The translations under genes and the position numbers were made by a program. A stretch of DNA of 64,000 nt from NCBI RefSeq assembly GCF_006345805.1, contig NC_043004.1, positions 7,564,001-7,628,000 on the forward strand. The letters are read 5' to 3'. This document shows, one piece after another, positions 14,285-26,290 of this stretch (positions are counted from its first letter, which is position 1; every line of letters starts with the position of its first letter). The notes under the pieces were generated by a model that did no database searches, was not told where the DNA came from, and worked only from the letters and a program-made list of their open reading frames with translations. This DNA comes from Octopus sinensis. Its lineage: Eukaryota.

Positions 14285-15230
14285 AATCAAATTCATTGAC
14301 TGGCATCCGTGCTAGTGGAGTGCTAAGAGTACCATACGAGCATGATTGTTGCCAGAGCAACAAGCTGGCCTCTGTGCTGATGGCACGTAAAAAGCACCAT
14401 TCGAGCGTGATCGTTACCTGCGTCGCAATACTGGCACTTGTGCTGGTGGCATGCGAAAAAACATTTGAGTGAGGTTGTTGCCAGTGCCGCTGGACTGGCT
14501 CCTGTGCTGGAGGCACATAATAGCACCCACTACACTCTCGGAGTAGTTGGTGTTAGGAAGGGCATCTAGCTGTAGAAACTCTGCCAGATCAGATTGGAGC
14601 CTGGTGCAGCCATCTGGTTTGCCAGTCCTCTGTCAAATCGTCCAACCCATGCTAGCATGGAAAGCGGACGTTAAACAATGATGATGAAAGAAATGAAGCT
14701 AGCATGCTCTGCTGGATGGGTAATGTCAGTGTGCACACATGACAGAGTGTAAATGGTTTAAGAGCAAAACTGGGTATAAAAGGCATCAGAGAGAAGACTG
14801 CGCTGGTTTTGGACATGTGATGAGTATGGATGAGGACAGCTGCATAAAGAAGTGCCAAGCCCTAATTGTAAAGGATACCTGTGCAAAGGGCAGACCCAGG
14901 AATTCATGGGATGAAGTGGTGAGAAAGGATCTTCGGCTGCTGGGCCTCACTGAGGAAATGACAAAGGGACCAGCAAAAGATGCAGCAATTTCTTGTACTT
15001 GATAAGACACATCAGGCTAAATCGCCGTCTTCCTTTCAGGTACCAGTGCCACTTAAAGATGCACCTGTGTCGGTGCTGTACTGACACACTTGTGCTGGTG
15101 TTGCATAAATGCACCCAGCACACACTGTTGAGTAGTTGGTGTTAGGAAGGGCACCCGGCTGTAGAAACCAATTGGAGTCTGGACAGCTCCCATGGAAAGC
15201 AGACATTAAACGATGATGATGATGATAATG
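14285..15230 (+). mobile_element. Tandem RTE 3' ends and RT C-terminal fragment
   Basis: UTR plus tail 14285-14687, then RT remnant (WFGHVMSMDEDSCIKKC...KGRPRNSWDEVVRKDL) and a second tail ending about 15230. Confidence 0.8.
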
Positions 15231-15721
15231 CATTATTGTGTGGCTTTAACATTTCCATGATATGATTGTTTTTAGAATGACATTGTAGGTTAGGGGCGAG
15301 AGGCTGGATCTAGCCAGTATGAACATAAAACAAGTTAAATCTTTTGGCCGGATATGGCCAGTAAATGCTAAAGGGTTAAGTAACCCCTCATAGATGTATC
15401 CACCCACCCACAACTCCCTGTCACATGTTCAGCGAATGTGTAAACATCTCTATTCAACCCCACCCAAGAAGGATACTGATCCCGACAGGGTTCCCTTCTC
15501 TACCCTTAAAAAGCATAAACTTTTTAATCTTTCCATCTCTGCTTCAACTTATAAAAACTCACAAATGCATCCCAACTCCCAAACTGATCAATCTTTCTAA
15601 CCCAGCCAACAGCTAACTGACTGCCCTCACTTCCCTCAAAGATGGCAGAAACAGCAATAAACAATTCTTTCCCTTCTTATTGACCCTCAGTACAAATTTT
15701 CCCCTTCCGCTACACATCAAG

Positions 15722-16013
15722 GACTTAAGCAATGGCTTTTGTTTGACGCCAGCACCGCCTTGACTGGCTTCCGTGCTGGTGGCACATGAAAAGCACCATC
15801 CGATCACGGTCGATGTCAGCCCTCCACTGGCCCGTAAAAAGCACCCACTACACTCTAGGAGTGGTTGGTGTTAGGAAGGGCATCCAGCTGTAGAAACACT
15901 GCCAGATCAGATTGGAGCATGGTGCAGCCTCTTGGCTTCCCAGACCCCAGTTGAACCATCCAACCCATACCAGCATAGAAAACAGACGTTAAACGATGAT
16001 CATGATGATGATG
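15722..16013 (+). mobile_element. RTE 3' UTR copy
   Basis: CACCCACTACACTC...GGAAGGGCATCCAGCTGTAGAAAC...CCAACCCAT...CGTTAAACGATGAT signature. Confidence 0.8.
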
Positions 16014-16990
16014 AGCAAAGCCTTCCATAATTTGTGGCACAGGAACTTCTGAGCCAAACGGCCAGACTATAGATGCCATTTGTCTCTATCTGACCTCTTC
16101 GTATGTAAACTCTCCCATTTCATCAACTCTACACTGCTGTTAAAAGTAACACCTCAACAGTGGATAGACTAATTCTCAAAAGCCTCTCCATTTCCCACAC
16201 CAAACATAAAACCTCTCTCATTCTTCTTCCTCGTAATCAACAACTCTCTACTAATCCCTCTCTCTCTCCTCCTGCACCCTTCCCCCACCTAACGTTCTCT
16301 TCATTACTGATAATGATTCCACCAATTATCTTCAGTCAGCCAAGGCATCTGTTGCAGCCATTGATGCTGACATCTCAATGGGAACTCAACTCTCAAAAGA
16401 TTCCCTCTTACTACAATCTAAAAGAGTTAACCATTCCCAACAACCACTCTGGGACATTTGACATTCTTAACACTGTTAAAAAAGCAAAGTATGGTGAGTC
16501 AGAGAGATCCAATACCTTTGACAAGGAGGAATTTGTAATCCCTTTCCAGGACTGCTGGCCCTCATTGGACAACAAAATGCCTGCACACCTGGACAACTGC
16601 AATGGCAATCTGCTAAACCAGTTTGAGAGAAGCTGTAGAGTTTTCAAGCCTTGTCACCTTAAGTATGTGAAGACTAGAATTGTGATAGACAATCTGTGAC
16701 AATCAGGGATTAGATTTCAACCAGCAGAAAGACGATTTCCAGCAATGCCACTATGGAGCACTTACCTCAGGGCACAGTGAGGTATCTCAGCCACCCTGGT
16801 CGTGCCAGTGCATCGCTGAGGTATTTCCAGTCATTACAACTTTTTGCTTGCTACTGGTCAAGAGTGAGAGTGAAGCTGGTCACCCCAAACAGAAATCAGA
16901 CTCCTTCAAACCACAAACAGATGGTAGAACCTTTCATTGCAACAATAAGAGAATCGTGCAAAATATCTGCAACACTGAAATACAGCCACT

Positions 16991-17880
16991 TCATCATCAT
17001 CATTTAACATCCATTGTCCATGCTGGCATGGGTTGGACGGTTTGATCAGGGCTGGCAAACTCAAAGGCTGCACGAGACTCCAGTCTGATTTGGCATGGTT
17101 TTCCATGGCTGGATGCCCTTCCTAATGCCAACCACTCAGAGTGTAATGGGTGCTTTTATGTGCCATTTGCATGACACCAGTATCTGCCACAACTGCAATT
17201 TTGCTCAGTTTGATGAGTCTTCTTCTCAAGCATGACATAATGCCAAAGGTCTCGGTCATTGCCTCCATGAGGCCCAACACTCAAAAGGAACTCAGCCACT
17301 TTGCCTCTGTGAGGCCCAATGCTCCCACAGTGCTCTGTACATGCCACCAGCATGGGTGCCAGTTATGACACCAACATCAGCCAGGACTACAATTTTAATT
17401 GGCTTGCTGGGTCTTCTCAAGCACAGCATATCACCAAAGGTCTCAGTCACTAGTCGTTGCCTCTGTGAGGCTCAAAGTGCGAAGATCATGCTTCACTACT
17501 TCATCCCATGTCTTCCTGGGTCTACTTCTACCACAGGTTCCCTCCACAGTTAGAGATCAGCACTTCTTTACATAGCTGTCCTTGACCATGCACATCAATC
17601 ACATCATCATACCAGAGCAGTCTTCTTTCTTGCACACCACATCTGATGCCTCATGCCAAACTTTTCTCTCAAGATGCTTACACTCTGTTGAACATGCACA
17701 CTGACATTGCACATCCAGCAAAGCACACTGGCTTCTTTTCTTTCAAGCCTACGCATGTCCTTGGCTGTCACAGCCCATGTTTCACTGCTATACAGCACAG
17801 CTGTTCACACACTGGCATCATACAATCTGCCTTTCACTCTGAGAAAGACAGACCCTTCATTGTCAGCCATTTTCAATGTG
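16991..17880 (-). mobile_element. RTE LINE 3' fragment
   Basis: MLYSSETWAVTAKDMRRLERKEASVLCWMCNV (RT C-terminus) followed by the family 3' UTR and (GAT)n tail. Confidence 0.85.
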
Positions 17881-18042
17881 TTTCAAAATGTAATGTGGGT
17901 AAGAGCTGTCAAATTTCTGGGTACTGACACAGGTGTATACCCTGTTGTTGCAGTGAGTAAAAAGTGAAGTCTTAATCATCTTTAAAAACAAAGAAATATT
18001 TCAACCTAAATTCTTCCCATGAAATTAGAATTAGAATTAACG

Positions 18043-18266
18043 TCACCTTACTGGCACCTGTGCCGGTGACATTGCCAGTACCGCCTGACTGGCTCCGTGC
18101 TGGTGGCACGTAAAAGCACCCACTACACTCTCGGAGTGGTTGGTGTTAGGAAGGGCATCCAGCTGTAGAAACTCTGCCAGATCAAGATTGGAGCCTAGTG
18201 TGGCCGTCTGGTTCACCAGCCCATGCTAGCATGGAAAGCGGACGTTAAACGATGATGATGATAATG
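18043..18266 (+). mobile_element. RTE 3' UTR copy
   Basis: Same signature and (GAT)n tail. Confidence 0.8.
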
Positions 18267-18903
18267 ACTAGTGTGGATGAAGTATTTGTGTTTATATTCA
18301 GAGAATAATAGGAGCCACAGTGACAGTGAAGATTAGGTGTTGAATAATCCCACGTTCAGTTAATTACTTGCCCTTCTCCATTTTGTCTGAAGTAAAATGA
18401 AATGTTACAGTTGAACAAGAAAACAGGATCCAAAGATCCGTGGTAACAGATACACCATACCACCTAAAGATCATACAACACAGAGTGGTGAATTGTAGGA
18501 GGGAGGGGGGTGACAGCCTAGATATACTGGATTCTCTCCCCTGTCCAGTGTATTGCTCTTCACCTGTAACTTCTGATGGTTAAAAGAGACTCAGACCACA
18601 ATTGCTATACCTTGACCACTCATTGAGGGAGGTAGTGGGGGGAAAAAAATGCATATAACAAGAATGGATGCAAAACATTAAATAAAATCACAAGAATGAG
18701 TTTCAGGTGTTATTCCCATAAAAGGGAACGGGTCAGTTGTTAATTATGTAATGCTAATTTAATCAGCTACAGTTGCTCTTCCATGGAATAATTTCAGTAA
18801 GATTGACTGAACTAATAAGACCTTCACTATCAATTCCATGCAAACTATAACTTTGTACATTATTTACATTTGACGGATATTTGTCCTCATCTTGTTTGTT
18901 GTT

Positions 18904-18949
18904 AACACAACGTTTCAGCTGATACACCCTCCAGCCTTCATCAGGTGTC
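18904..18949 (-). ncRNA. Minimal type I hammerhead ribozyme motif
   Basis: gacac-CTGATGA-a-ggctg[gagggtgtat]cagct-GAAA-C-GTT-gtgtt; stem I gacac/gtgtt, stem III is the palindrome ACGT. Confidence 0.65.
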
Positions 18950-18998
18950 TTGGGGAAATTTCCTTAGGAATGATAACCCAGGTTTGAAATTTCCCTAA

Positions 18999-19044
18999 GA
19001 CACCTGAGGAAGGCTGGAGGGTATATCAGCCGAAATGTTGTGTT
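18999..19044 (+). ncRNA. Minimal type I hammerhead ribozyme motif
   Basis: gacac-CTGAGGA-a-ggctg[gagggtatat]cagcc-GAAA-T-GTT-gtgtt; perfect 5-bp stem II. Confidence 0.65.
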
Positions 19045-19747
19045 AACAACAAACAAGATGAAGAGAAATATCTGTCAAATGTAAATAGTGTACATAATTC
19101 CTCATCTCTTAAATATAGAAACTATAACCTTTTTAGATGGTTACTATAATAACCATTCCTCCTCCTCGTACACTACTGGTCTCCCATCACTATAATCGCA
19201 TTCCCACTTCAAGACACAGTAATTCCTCTCATTCATCATCATCATCCTTTAATGGCCAAAATCTTTAATCCTTATTCATCAATATGATTTGTCATCGTTT
19301 GACTCTTCTAATAGAATGAAAATGGAACACCAAAGTTGTACTCACCTTCTTTGTTCCATTCAAAATTCCACATCAATAAAGCCCAGCAGCAAATAAATTT
19401 CTTCATTTAAAATATCATTATTGTCTCTCCCACACAGTTCAAGTTTCGTGTAAACTGTATTAATCTCATTAATAAGATGACCATTCTGAACCAAGAACAC
19501 AAGAGTAAAGAGATTTTATCATGAAGATAATACAAAAATAGATTTTGCAATGCACCAGTAAAAACTAATTTAAAAGAAGATAAAAACGCACACCATACAT
19601 CAATAAATAAAAAGGTTATGGGTCATAGTTTCACCACATTTAATCACAAAATTATTAATTTTATGTAAAATATCTAAATGACTACATTTTAACTAGAAAT
19701 ATATTTTGTATAATATGTATGGATGTTGAAGTTATTCCCAGTATCAG

Positions 19748-19778
<31 letters not shown>

Positions 19779-20061
19779 CTTACTTGGAAATGGATGCGTG
19801 GTGTTCATTTATACATATGAGAAATTTTTTTTAAGTTTCAAGTGGTAACACATTAACTGAATTAAATACAAAACCTAACGTGTATATCCACATATAAAAG
19901 TACTTTACTACAAATGGATGTTTCGTGTTTCCTTCAAAGAATGCAAAACACACATTGATTATTGGAAATGTCAATAATATCAGGATAAAAATATCTTACA
20001 GATTGTCTACAAGCAATATTATTAAAGCGGTCGACATAGTGGTCCAACCTTCAACGCGGCT

Positions 20062-20931
20062 TCACTTCTGTTTGTTGGTCAAGTCGGAATAATCTTCAAG
20101 AACCCCTTGTAAATGGTCATTATGTTTCTTAAACGTCCGCGACTTTTTAGAATTCAGCTTTTTCCTCTTCTGTATTGGAGTCCGTTTCGCACCAACATCT
20201 GGCATTAAACTTATTCCTTGTTTTTCGAGATATTCTTCAATTTTCTGCTCATCCAAACCTTCCACAGTTACACTTCTCCACATTTTTCGAAAATCTTCAT
20301 CAATCTTAAATTGACAATATTTGTCATTGTAGAAGAGTATTTTCTTTTTGTCAATTGGTCTTGCTACGAAAATAATATGATCAGCTAACACTTTGAATAC
20401 TTTCGGAGCATTTGGAATCGATTCTTCAATGTCATCGACAAGAACACCACCGAGACCATGAAGGTCCTGGTTCTTCAACAGATTCATTAACCCTTTTTTA
20501 TTACGAATATTATATTTGGGTTTAAAGATATACGTGTTTCCATCGACAACCTCTATTTTCGGGTTATTAATCAAAGCTTCTGTTACAAGCCAGTGTCTTT
20601 GCTTACTTCCCAAATCCAACTGGTTAGTTTCGTCGAGTATGTCCTCAATATTCAAAGGATGGACATGGCCTTTTTGATGTCGAGTTTTCATATGTTTAAC
20701 TATTTTGGCCAAAACACTAAACTTATACTGGGAACTTCCTTTGGCAGTTTTGTAGTCGTAAGTTTCGGCGTTTGAAATTGGTTTCGGTTTTGGCGGTTTG
20801 GAAGATTTTTGTTTCTTCGCAAGTGATTCGTTATTTTCATCCTTGTGCTGATTCTTCCTTTTTTCCACAATAGGTTGGCTGCGGGCTCGGGCCAAGAACG
20901 ATGCATGTCCTTTTATCAGGGCAGGATCCAT
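20062..20931 (-). CDS. GTF2E2: Transcription initiation factor IIE subunit beta, single-exon CDS, 289 aa
   Basis: Uninterrupted ORF MDPAL...[17 protein letters not shown]...[14 protein letters not shown]...EALINNPKI...[13 protein letters not shown]...[13 protein letters not shown]...KKILFYND...[11 protein letters not shown]...KIEEYL...TFKKHNDHL matches TFIIE-beta family motifs throughout. True start is ATG at 20931 (the ORF track's 20940 start is a TTG); stop TGA at 20062-20064. Confidence 0.95.
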   Translation of the reverse strand: MDPALIKGHASFLARARSQPIVEKRKNQHKDENNESLAKKQKSSKPPKPKPISNAETYDYKTAKGSSQYKFSVLAKIVKHMKTRHQKGHVHPLNIEDILDETNQLDLGSKQRHWLVTEALINNPKIEVVDGNTYIFKPKYNIRNKKGLMNLLKNQDLHGLGGVLVDDIEESIPNAPKVFKVLADHIIFVARPIDKKKILFYNDKYCQFKIDEDFRKMWRSVTVEGLDEQKIEEYLEKQGISLMPDVGAKRTPIQKRKKLNSKKSRTFKKHNDHLQGVLEDYSDLTNKQK

Positions 20932-21363
20932 TGTGCCCAACTTTTAAATTTCTGTGGAATTACGGTCAAACATTCACTATTTATAAACACATAGGAATAA
21001 TGGGAACCGTAAATATTCCAAAAAACTGTTTTACATACAAATATCCAGACCAAAACAAAGAACCGTTTAACAAATTATCAACTCACAATTAATTAATAAC
21101 AGGATTAATGATGGATCTACCGGTGTAACTATTCGAGTGTCTCTCCCAGTTAGACGGTGTCCAATAATATTTTCTCTCAACTAAACTAATACCGGATATT
21201 AAAGACGCTTCGTGAATTAACAAGGCATTAAAGATGCCAGAACGAAGGATATTTGATTTTCACTTTAGATCAAATAAGAAGGAAAAATTATATTTGTTGT
21301 TCAAACTTATGTTGATATAGAATATATTTGACAATAACACTAGATAATTAGGTATCCAGTATG

Positions 21364-21600
21364 GGTACTACTTAAGAAGAGTGGTCCCAGTGCGCGCTAG
21401 TTAGTCGTGACTAGTCGATCCTTACTTTGCGTTTTTGTTTTATTAACTTTGTTTAAAAAATTGTGTTTTTGTGTTTTATTTACTTTGTGTAAAAAAATTA
21501 TTTTATTTTGTGTTTTATTTATTTTGCTAGCTAGTCGTTGTAGGATCGACTAGTCACGACTAGCTAGCGCGTACCGGGTTCACCCTTCTTAAGTAGTACC
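21364..21600. mobile_element. 237-bp MITE, Mutator/MULE-like
   Basis: 59-bp TIRs (21364-21422 and 21542-21600, 53/59 identical), GG...CC termini, perfect 9-bp TSD TCCAGTATG (21355-21363 and 21601-21609), T-rich non-coding interior. Confidence 0.88.
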
Positions 21601-22185
21601 TCCAGTATGTGCATTAGGTCAAAATATTGTATTTGAATTAAGAATTTGAATATTAAATTAGAAGTTAGATAATGTTTTATGTCTTCAAAGTTCGATGCTT
21701 GTGTTTGCAGTATTATGGATAATTAGTTGCAATAAAGAGGCAAACAGAACAGGTCTCACTATCCGGAATACTATTTATTAGTAAACTCTCCTTCACAGTC
21801 ACCGATTTGTTACATAAAACTGCCTGGCGACATTTTCCTCTTTTAATAAATAAAAAATTATTTTCTTTCAATTTTTGTGATTTTTTCTTTTTTTTTTTTT
21901 TTTGAAAATTTGTTTCTGCTTAAATTGAAAATAGTTCAAGAATATCCTTTTCAATGTTGGATCCTGTTAAATTTTATTAGGTGCCGGCTTCCACACTGGG
22001 AATGACTATTACCCGTTCCACAAATTTAATTGTATTGACACGAAAATATTAATGTTATTCTGTATAGACATAGGAAAGTCAAGAAATGGTAATTCAAACA
22101 GGCTAAAGAGAACTTTTGAAGTGGCATCTTTGAATGTTAGATTAACCGCTGCGATTCAAACACCCGAGAAGATGTTTCACTATAG

Positions 22186-22339
22186 GTGCAGGAGTGGCTG
22201 TACCAACCACATGGTTCCGGGTTCAGTCCAACTGCGTGGCACCTTGGGCTAGTGTCTTCTACTATAGCCTCGGGCTGACCAAAGCCTTGTGAGTGGATTT
22301 GGTAGACGGAAACTGGAAGAATCCCGTCGTATATATATA

Positions 22340-22412
<73 letters not shown>

Positions 22413-22605
22413 TTTGTCCCCCCAACATCGCTTGACAACTGATGTTGGTGTGTTTATGTCCCCGTAACTTAGTGGTTCGGCAAAAGAGACCGATAGAATA
22501 AGTACTAGGCTTACAAAGAATAAGTACTGGGGTCGATTTGCTCGACTAAAGGCGGTGCTCCAGCATGGCCGCAGTCAAATGACTGAAACAAGTAAAAGAG
22601 TAAAC
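22186..22605 (+). mobile_element. tRNA-derived SINE, family with internal (TA)n
   Basis: B-box-like GGTTCAGTCC, conserved body CTATAGCCTCGGGCTGACCAAAGCCTTGTGAGTGGATTTGGTAGACGGAAACTG, (TA)n 22331-22408, tail GCTCCAGCATGGCCGCAGTCAAATGACTGAAACAAGT. Confidence 0.8.
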
Positions 22606-24504
22606 GTAGCATGAATATCAACTGAATTGAAGTTAATTTAAACTTACTATAAGCGCTTTAGAAATTGTTTATACAAAATATCTTATTTCTCATCTTTAAT
22701 ACCGAAAATGTGTTTCTACAACATTTATGTGGTTATTTTTGTTCATCAGTGTGTGTATACATGCATACACAGTGAGTGAAAATAAAAAGTATTTCTATGG
22801 TAGCCGTTATAAAATTTAGCGGCAAATTGGTTTACATTTTAAGCAAACGAAACGGGATGCTGTAGATTTCTAACACTGCTAGAACACAAAGTTTAGGAGA
22901 AAGTGTAATAGATTAAATCGCCCCCAGGACTTGACTATTATTTTATCGACCTCAGAAAGCTGAGAGGCAAAATTGAAGTCGGAATATAAACGGCTGTTGC
23001 TAAATACTACAATGTATTTTGACAGATTGTTTCACGGTTCAGCCAAACATAATGTAAACGAATGAATTAATGGGACGTGTATTTACTTGCTATTTATTAT
23101 ATTTTCAGAAATGTTACGTCAAATTAAACTGACACTATTAATTTAAACTTGTTAGAACCAGCAACCCATACATATCTCCATAAACAATCGCAACCAAATG
23201 GAACGGTTTATAGAGTAGCATTGATGAACGAAAAAAAAACCGTTAAAAAGAAATTGAGGAAGACGGTTTTTTTAACAAAATCTTCAGAAGATAATTTTGA
23301 TGATACACAAATTTATTCAACTTGTTTTAAGTGGTTTTTCACCGTGCAGACTATTACCACTTTTCTCAGACTCCAGTGATTTCCTAAACTGATTTTACAA
23401 ATTAGAAGACAAGTTAACATCTAACCAACCAAAAACAGTTTAGTCTGGTTCTGTCTCAGTCATATATTTCAAACTGTCTTTCCAAACAAGCTTTCGGAAT
23501 TAATTTTTACGATTTCATTTCAACAAAATCGATGTTAGTTTGTCATGACATATTTAGCCGCGGGTCAGCCTTAACTGAGCGCACCTCGGGTTAAAGAGTG
23601 TTCCAACATAGGCCATCTCATATTTCGGTAATATTGTCTTTTTAAGTAGGAGGGTATTTGAGATAATTTGGCAGGTAGAATTAACAGTAAAATTGTCTCA
23701 AAACTCCTTATCTAACTGAAAATAAACATTGGCTGCCTTGTTGGTTCGTGTTAATTAAAATTTCAAGAAGAGTTTGTAATTAAAACCTTCGAATAAAAAG
23801 TTCTGACCGACCAACTAGATTTTTCTCTCTCTACCAAATATTTTAATTTCACAACATTGCCCTTTTTCTATAACGTCACTTGAAAGGCTACTGATTACAT
23901 TCGGTAGCCGTATTGTCTATTCTCAGTTAAATAGATAAAAACCTTAAAATTTAATCAAATTCAATTTGGAAAAGTTCTTGAAGATGGCGGATCTAATTCA
24001 AGGGAGATAACTTTATTAACACCAAAAGTTTGAAATATTTTAGTTTCGTATTTACAACCTGTTGAATAAATAAAAACTCTGAAAGGAAACAAAATAGCTT
24101 ATTTAAAAGCATATAAGCTAATATTGTGTTGTAATCAACGAGAAATAAAAAGAGTACATCATCTAATTTCAAACAAAGTTTTGCTTAAAAACAAAACATG
24201 TATTTATCAACGATTTACTAATTATTTCTTAGTCCTAAAACAGTTTGTGGCATGTTGTTTGCCTTAATGACTGTCTGATCCAACGAGACCCAAACTCTTA
24301 ACGGATCAACGTCGGGCCGTCTACGCAGTCGTTGACCAATAAAACAGCCAAATATATGTCAATAACATCTTTACTGTCTTAAAGTCTACATGTTTCAAAT
24401 CCTGTATCTCAGAACCTGGATCTTTTTTCCCTTGGAGCGATCCATTTCCCCTTCCAGAACAAACCAATAATTATTAAAAGTAAAGTACTAGAGTCGATTA
24501 AATC

Positions 24505-24508
<4 letters not shown>

Positions 24509-24582
<74 letters not shown>
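24509..24582. repeat. (CT)n microsatellite
   Basis: Direct reading. Confidence 0.95.
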
Positions 24583-24587
<5 letters not shown>

Positions 24588-24911
24588 AATATATAGTCTA
24601 GTGCCTAAGTTAGAAATCAACGTCGTTGAGCTGTCGTTATACTGCCGACAACTAGGTTTGGGGTATTTGTTTTGTGCTGCATTCCTTGAAATAACATTTA
24701 GATAAAGTGAAATCATAAAGATATGGTACTAATGTGTATGATATACTTTTTAGCATTGATTAAATCGGTTATTGTTGTTGAATAGCTGCGATCAGTTTGG
24801 GTTCCCAGAGAGAAAATGGCTGACACAGTAGTTTAGGTCAAATGTTATCAGTTTTGAATAATGTATTCCAGCAGTGGCTATCTTGTTTTATTAATAGAGA
24901 ATAAGGTTCTG

Positions 24912-25168
24912 GGATCTTTTCCTTTTGACAGTCGTTGTTGACAAACAGCGGCAGTAATTTTATTCAGCTGAATACACGTCATTCATTGATTAAAATTACC
25001 GAAATACGACAACTTTAATACGAAATAACTTCGTAAATAGAAACTTTTCTCAAAAACGCTAAAAGTAAAAGATGTTTTATATGATACATTCTGCCAGTGT
25101 CCGAAGTTTGAAAGTGTTTAGTTACAAAAAAATAATTTCTCGATCTGCCATTCAAAGGGAAAAGATCC
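24912..25168. mobile_element. Short TIR element (MITE-like)
   Basis: GGATCTTTTCCTTTTGA at 24912 is the inverse of TCAAAGGGAAAAGATCC ending at 25168; no TSD recognised. Confidence 0.5.
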
Positions 25169-25899
25169 GGGGAAATTGTACCATTTTGCAAGTCCTCCGG
25201 GTCATTTCAGATTTTGCATAAGTGAATGTCCATAACTGTCGGAAAAACTGTGTCGGATGGGAATTCCAGATGGTCGACATTCCGGATTTGAAGGATTGGA
25301 CGACATGGTTAATGGAAAGGATAGGTGACGAAAGGAGTAGAAAAGATGAGTGGGTCGGAAGTGTATAAATGAAAGTGGCTTCAAACCGACCAATTCCGAG
25401 GAGCAGAAGTTAATCATGGCAGATTAAGGAAATAGTATATCTGTGAGCCAAAAGATTGAGTACGTTGGTGAGCGACATGGATATATCAGAAGAACAATCC
25501 TAAGTATGGGAACAGTACTCTAGTGTGGTTTAGTGGTTAGGGTGTTGAACTTATAATCGTAAGATTGTGGTTTCGGTTGCTGGAGAGGCGATGCGTTGTA
25601 TTCTCGAGCAAAACACTTCATTTCATATTTCTCCTGTCCATCCAGCTAGCATAAATGAGTAATATGGTGAAGCGGCGACATGCCTGACAAACCGGCGAAA
25701 GATTATGGAGCTGCCTAAATAAACAAACAGAAAGAAACTTCAGGACTGATAGGTCATAGACCTACATGCTTTTGGATATTACATCAGCTTGTAGAAGGGT
25801 AAGTAGCTGTTAAAGAATGAAGTATTTCCTGACCATGAGCTGGTAGGACAGATGCAGACTTTGCAATGGCGTGGCGTAGGTTTTAACTACCTTCGATAA

Positions 25900-26290
25900 A
25901 ACAAATACGTATATAAAATAACCGCCCGGTGAGACGAAGCATTTTAACAACCTTGAGGGCTCCAGATGGATACCATTCAGGTTTTTGTTTTCGGTAGGGG
26001 AATGTTTTTTGGTATGTATAGTGATTGTGTCTGCACTGTTGAAAGAGAGAAGATTGGCCTGACTCATTGGAAAATGTATTCAAGATTTCTGTTGATAAAG
26101 TGACGTTTAGGGAGGAAATAAAGATGGTATCATTTGCGATGGAGTCAGCGTTGATGAAGGTCACGGTAAGTGGGTTATTGATGTAAAGAAGAGTGCAGAG
26201 AGTAGGGAATAGACTTTGAGGCACACTAGAGGGTGGATAAGAGAAAACATCACCGCAGTGTACTATGACAGGAAGACACCAATCCAAACG
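25900..26290 (-). mobile_element. Highly decayed LINE RT remnant
   Basis: SSVPQSLFPTLCTLLYINNPL...SIANDTIF resembles the RT motif GVPQGS.L.PTLF.LYINDL...FADDT. Confidence 0.5.

Larger units (their letters stand above)
18852..19118. mobile_element. PLE-type inverted repeat carrying two hammerhead motifs
   Basis: Arms about 18854-18961 and 18987-19094 are reverse complements; 10-bp direct repeat AAACTATAAC at 18842-18851 and 19119-19128. Confidence 0.75.

Noticed and set aside
16160-16960. 179-aa ORF and the adjacent coding-looking sequence
   Set aside because: The first half is low-complexity pyrimidine tract and the rest has no recognisable domain; probably a decayed TE.
20932-20940. MGT extension of GTF2E2 in the ORF track
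   Set aside because: It begins with TTG; the family starts at MDP (ATG 20931).
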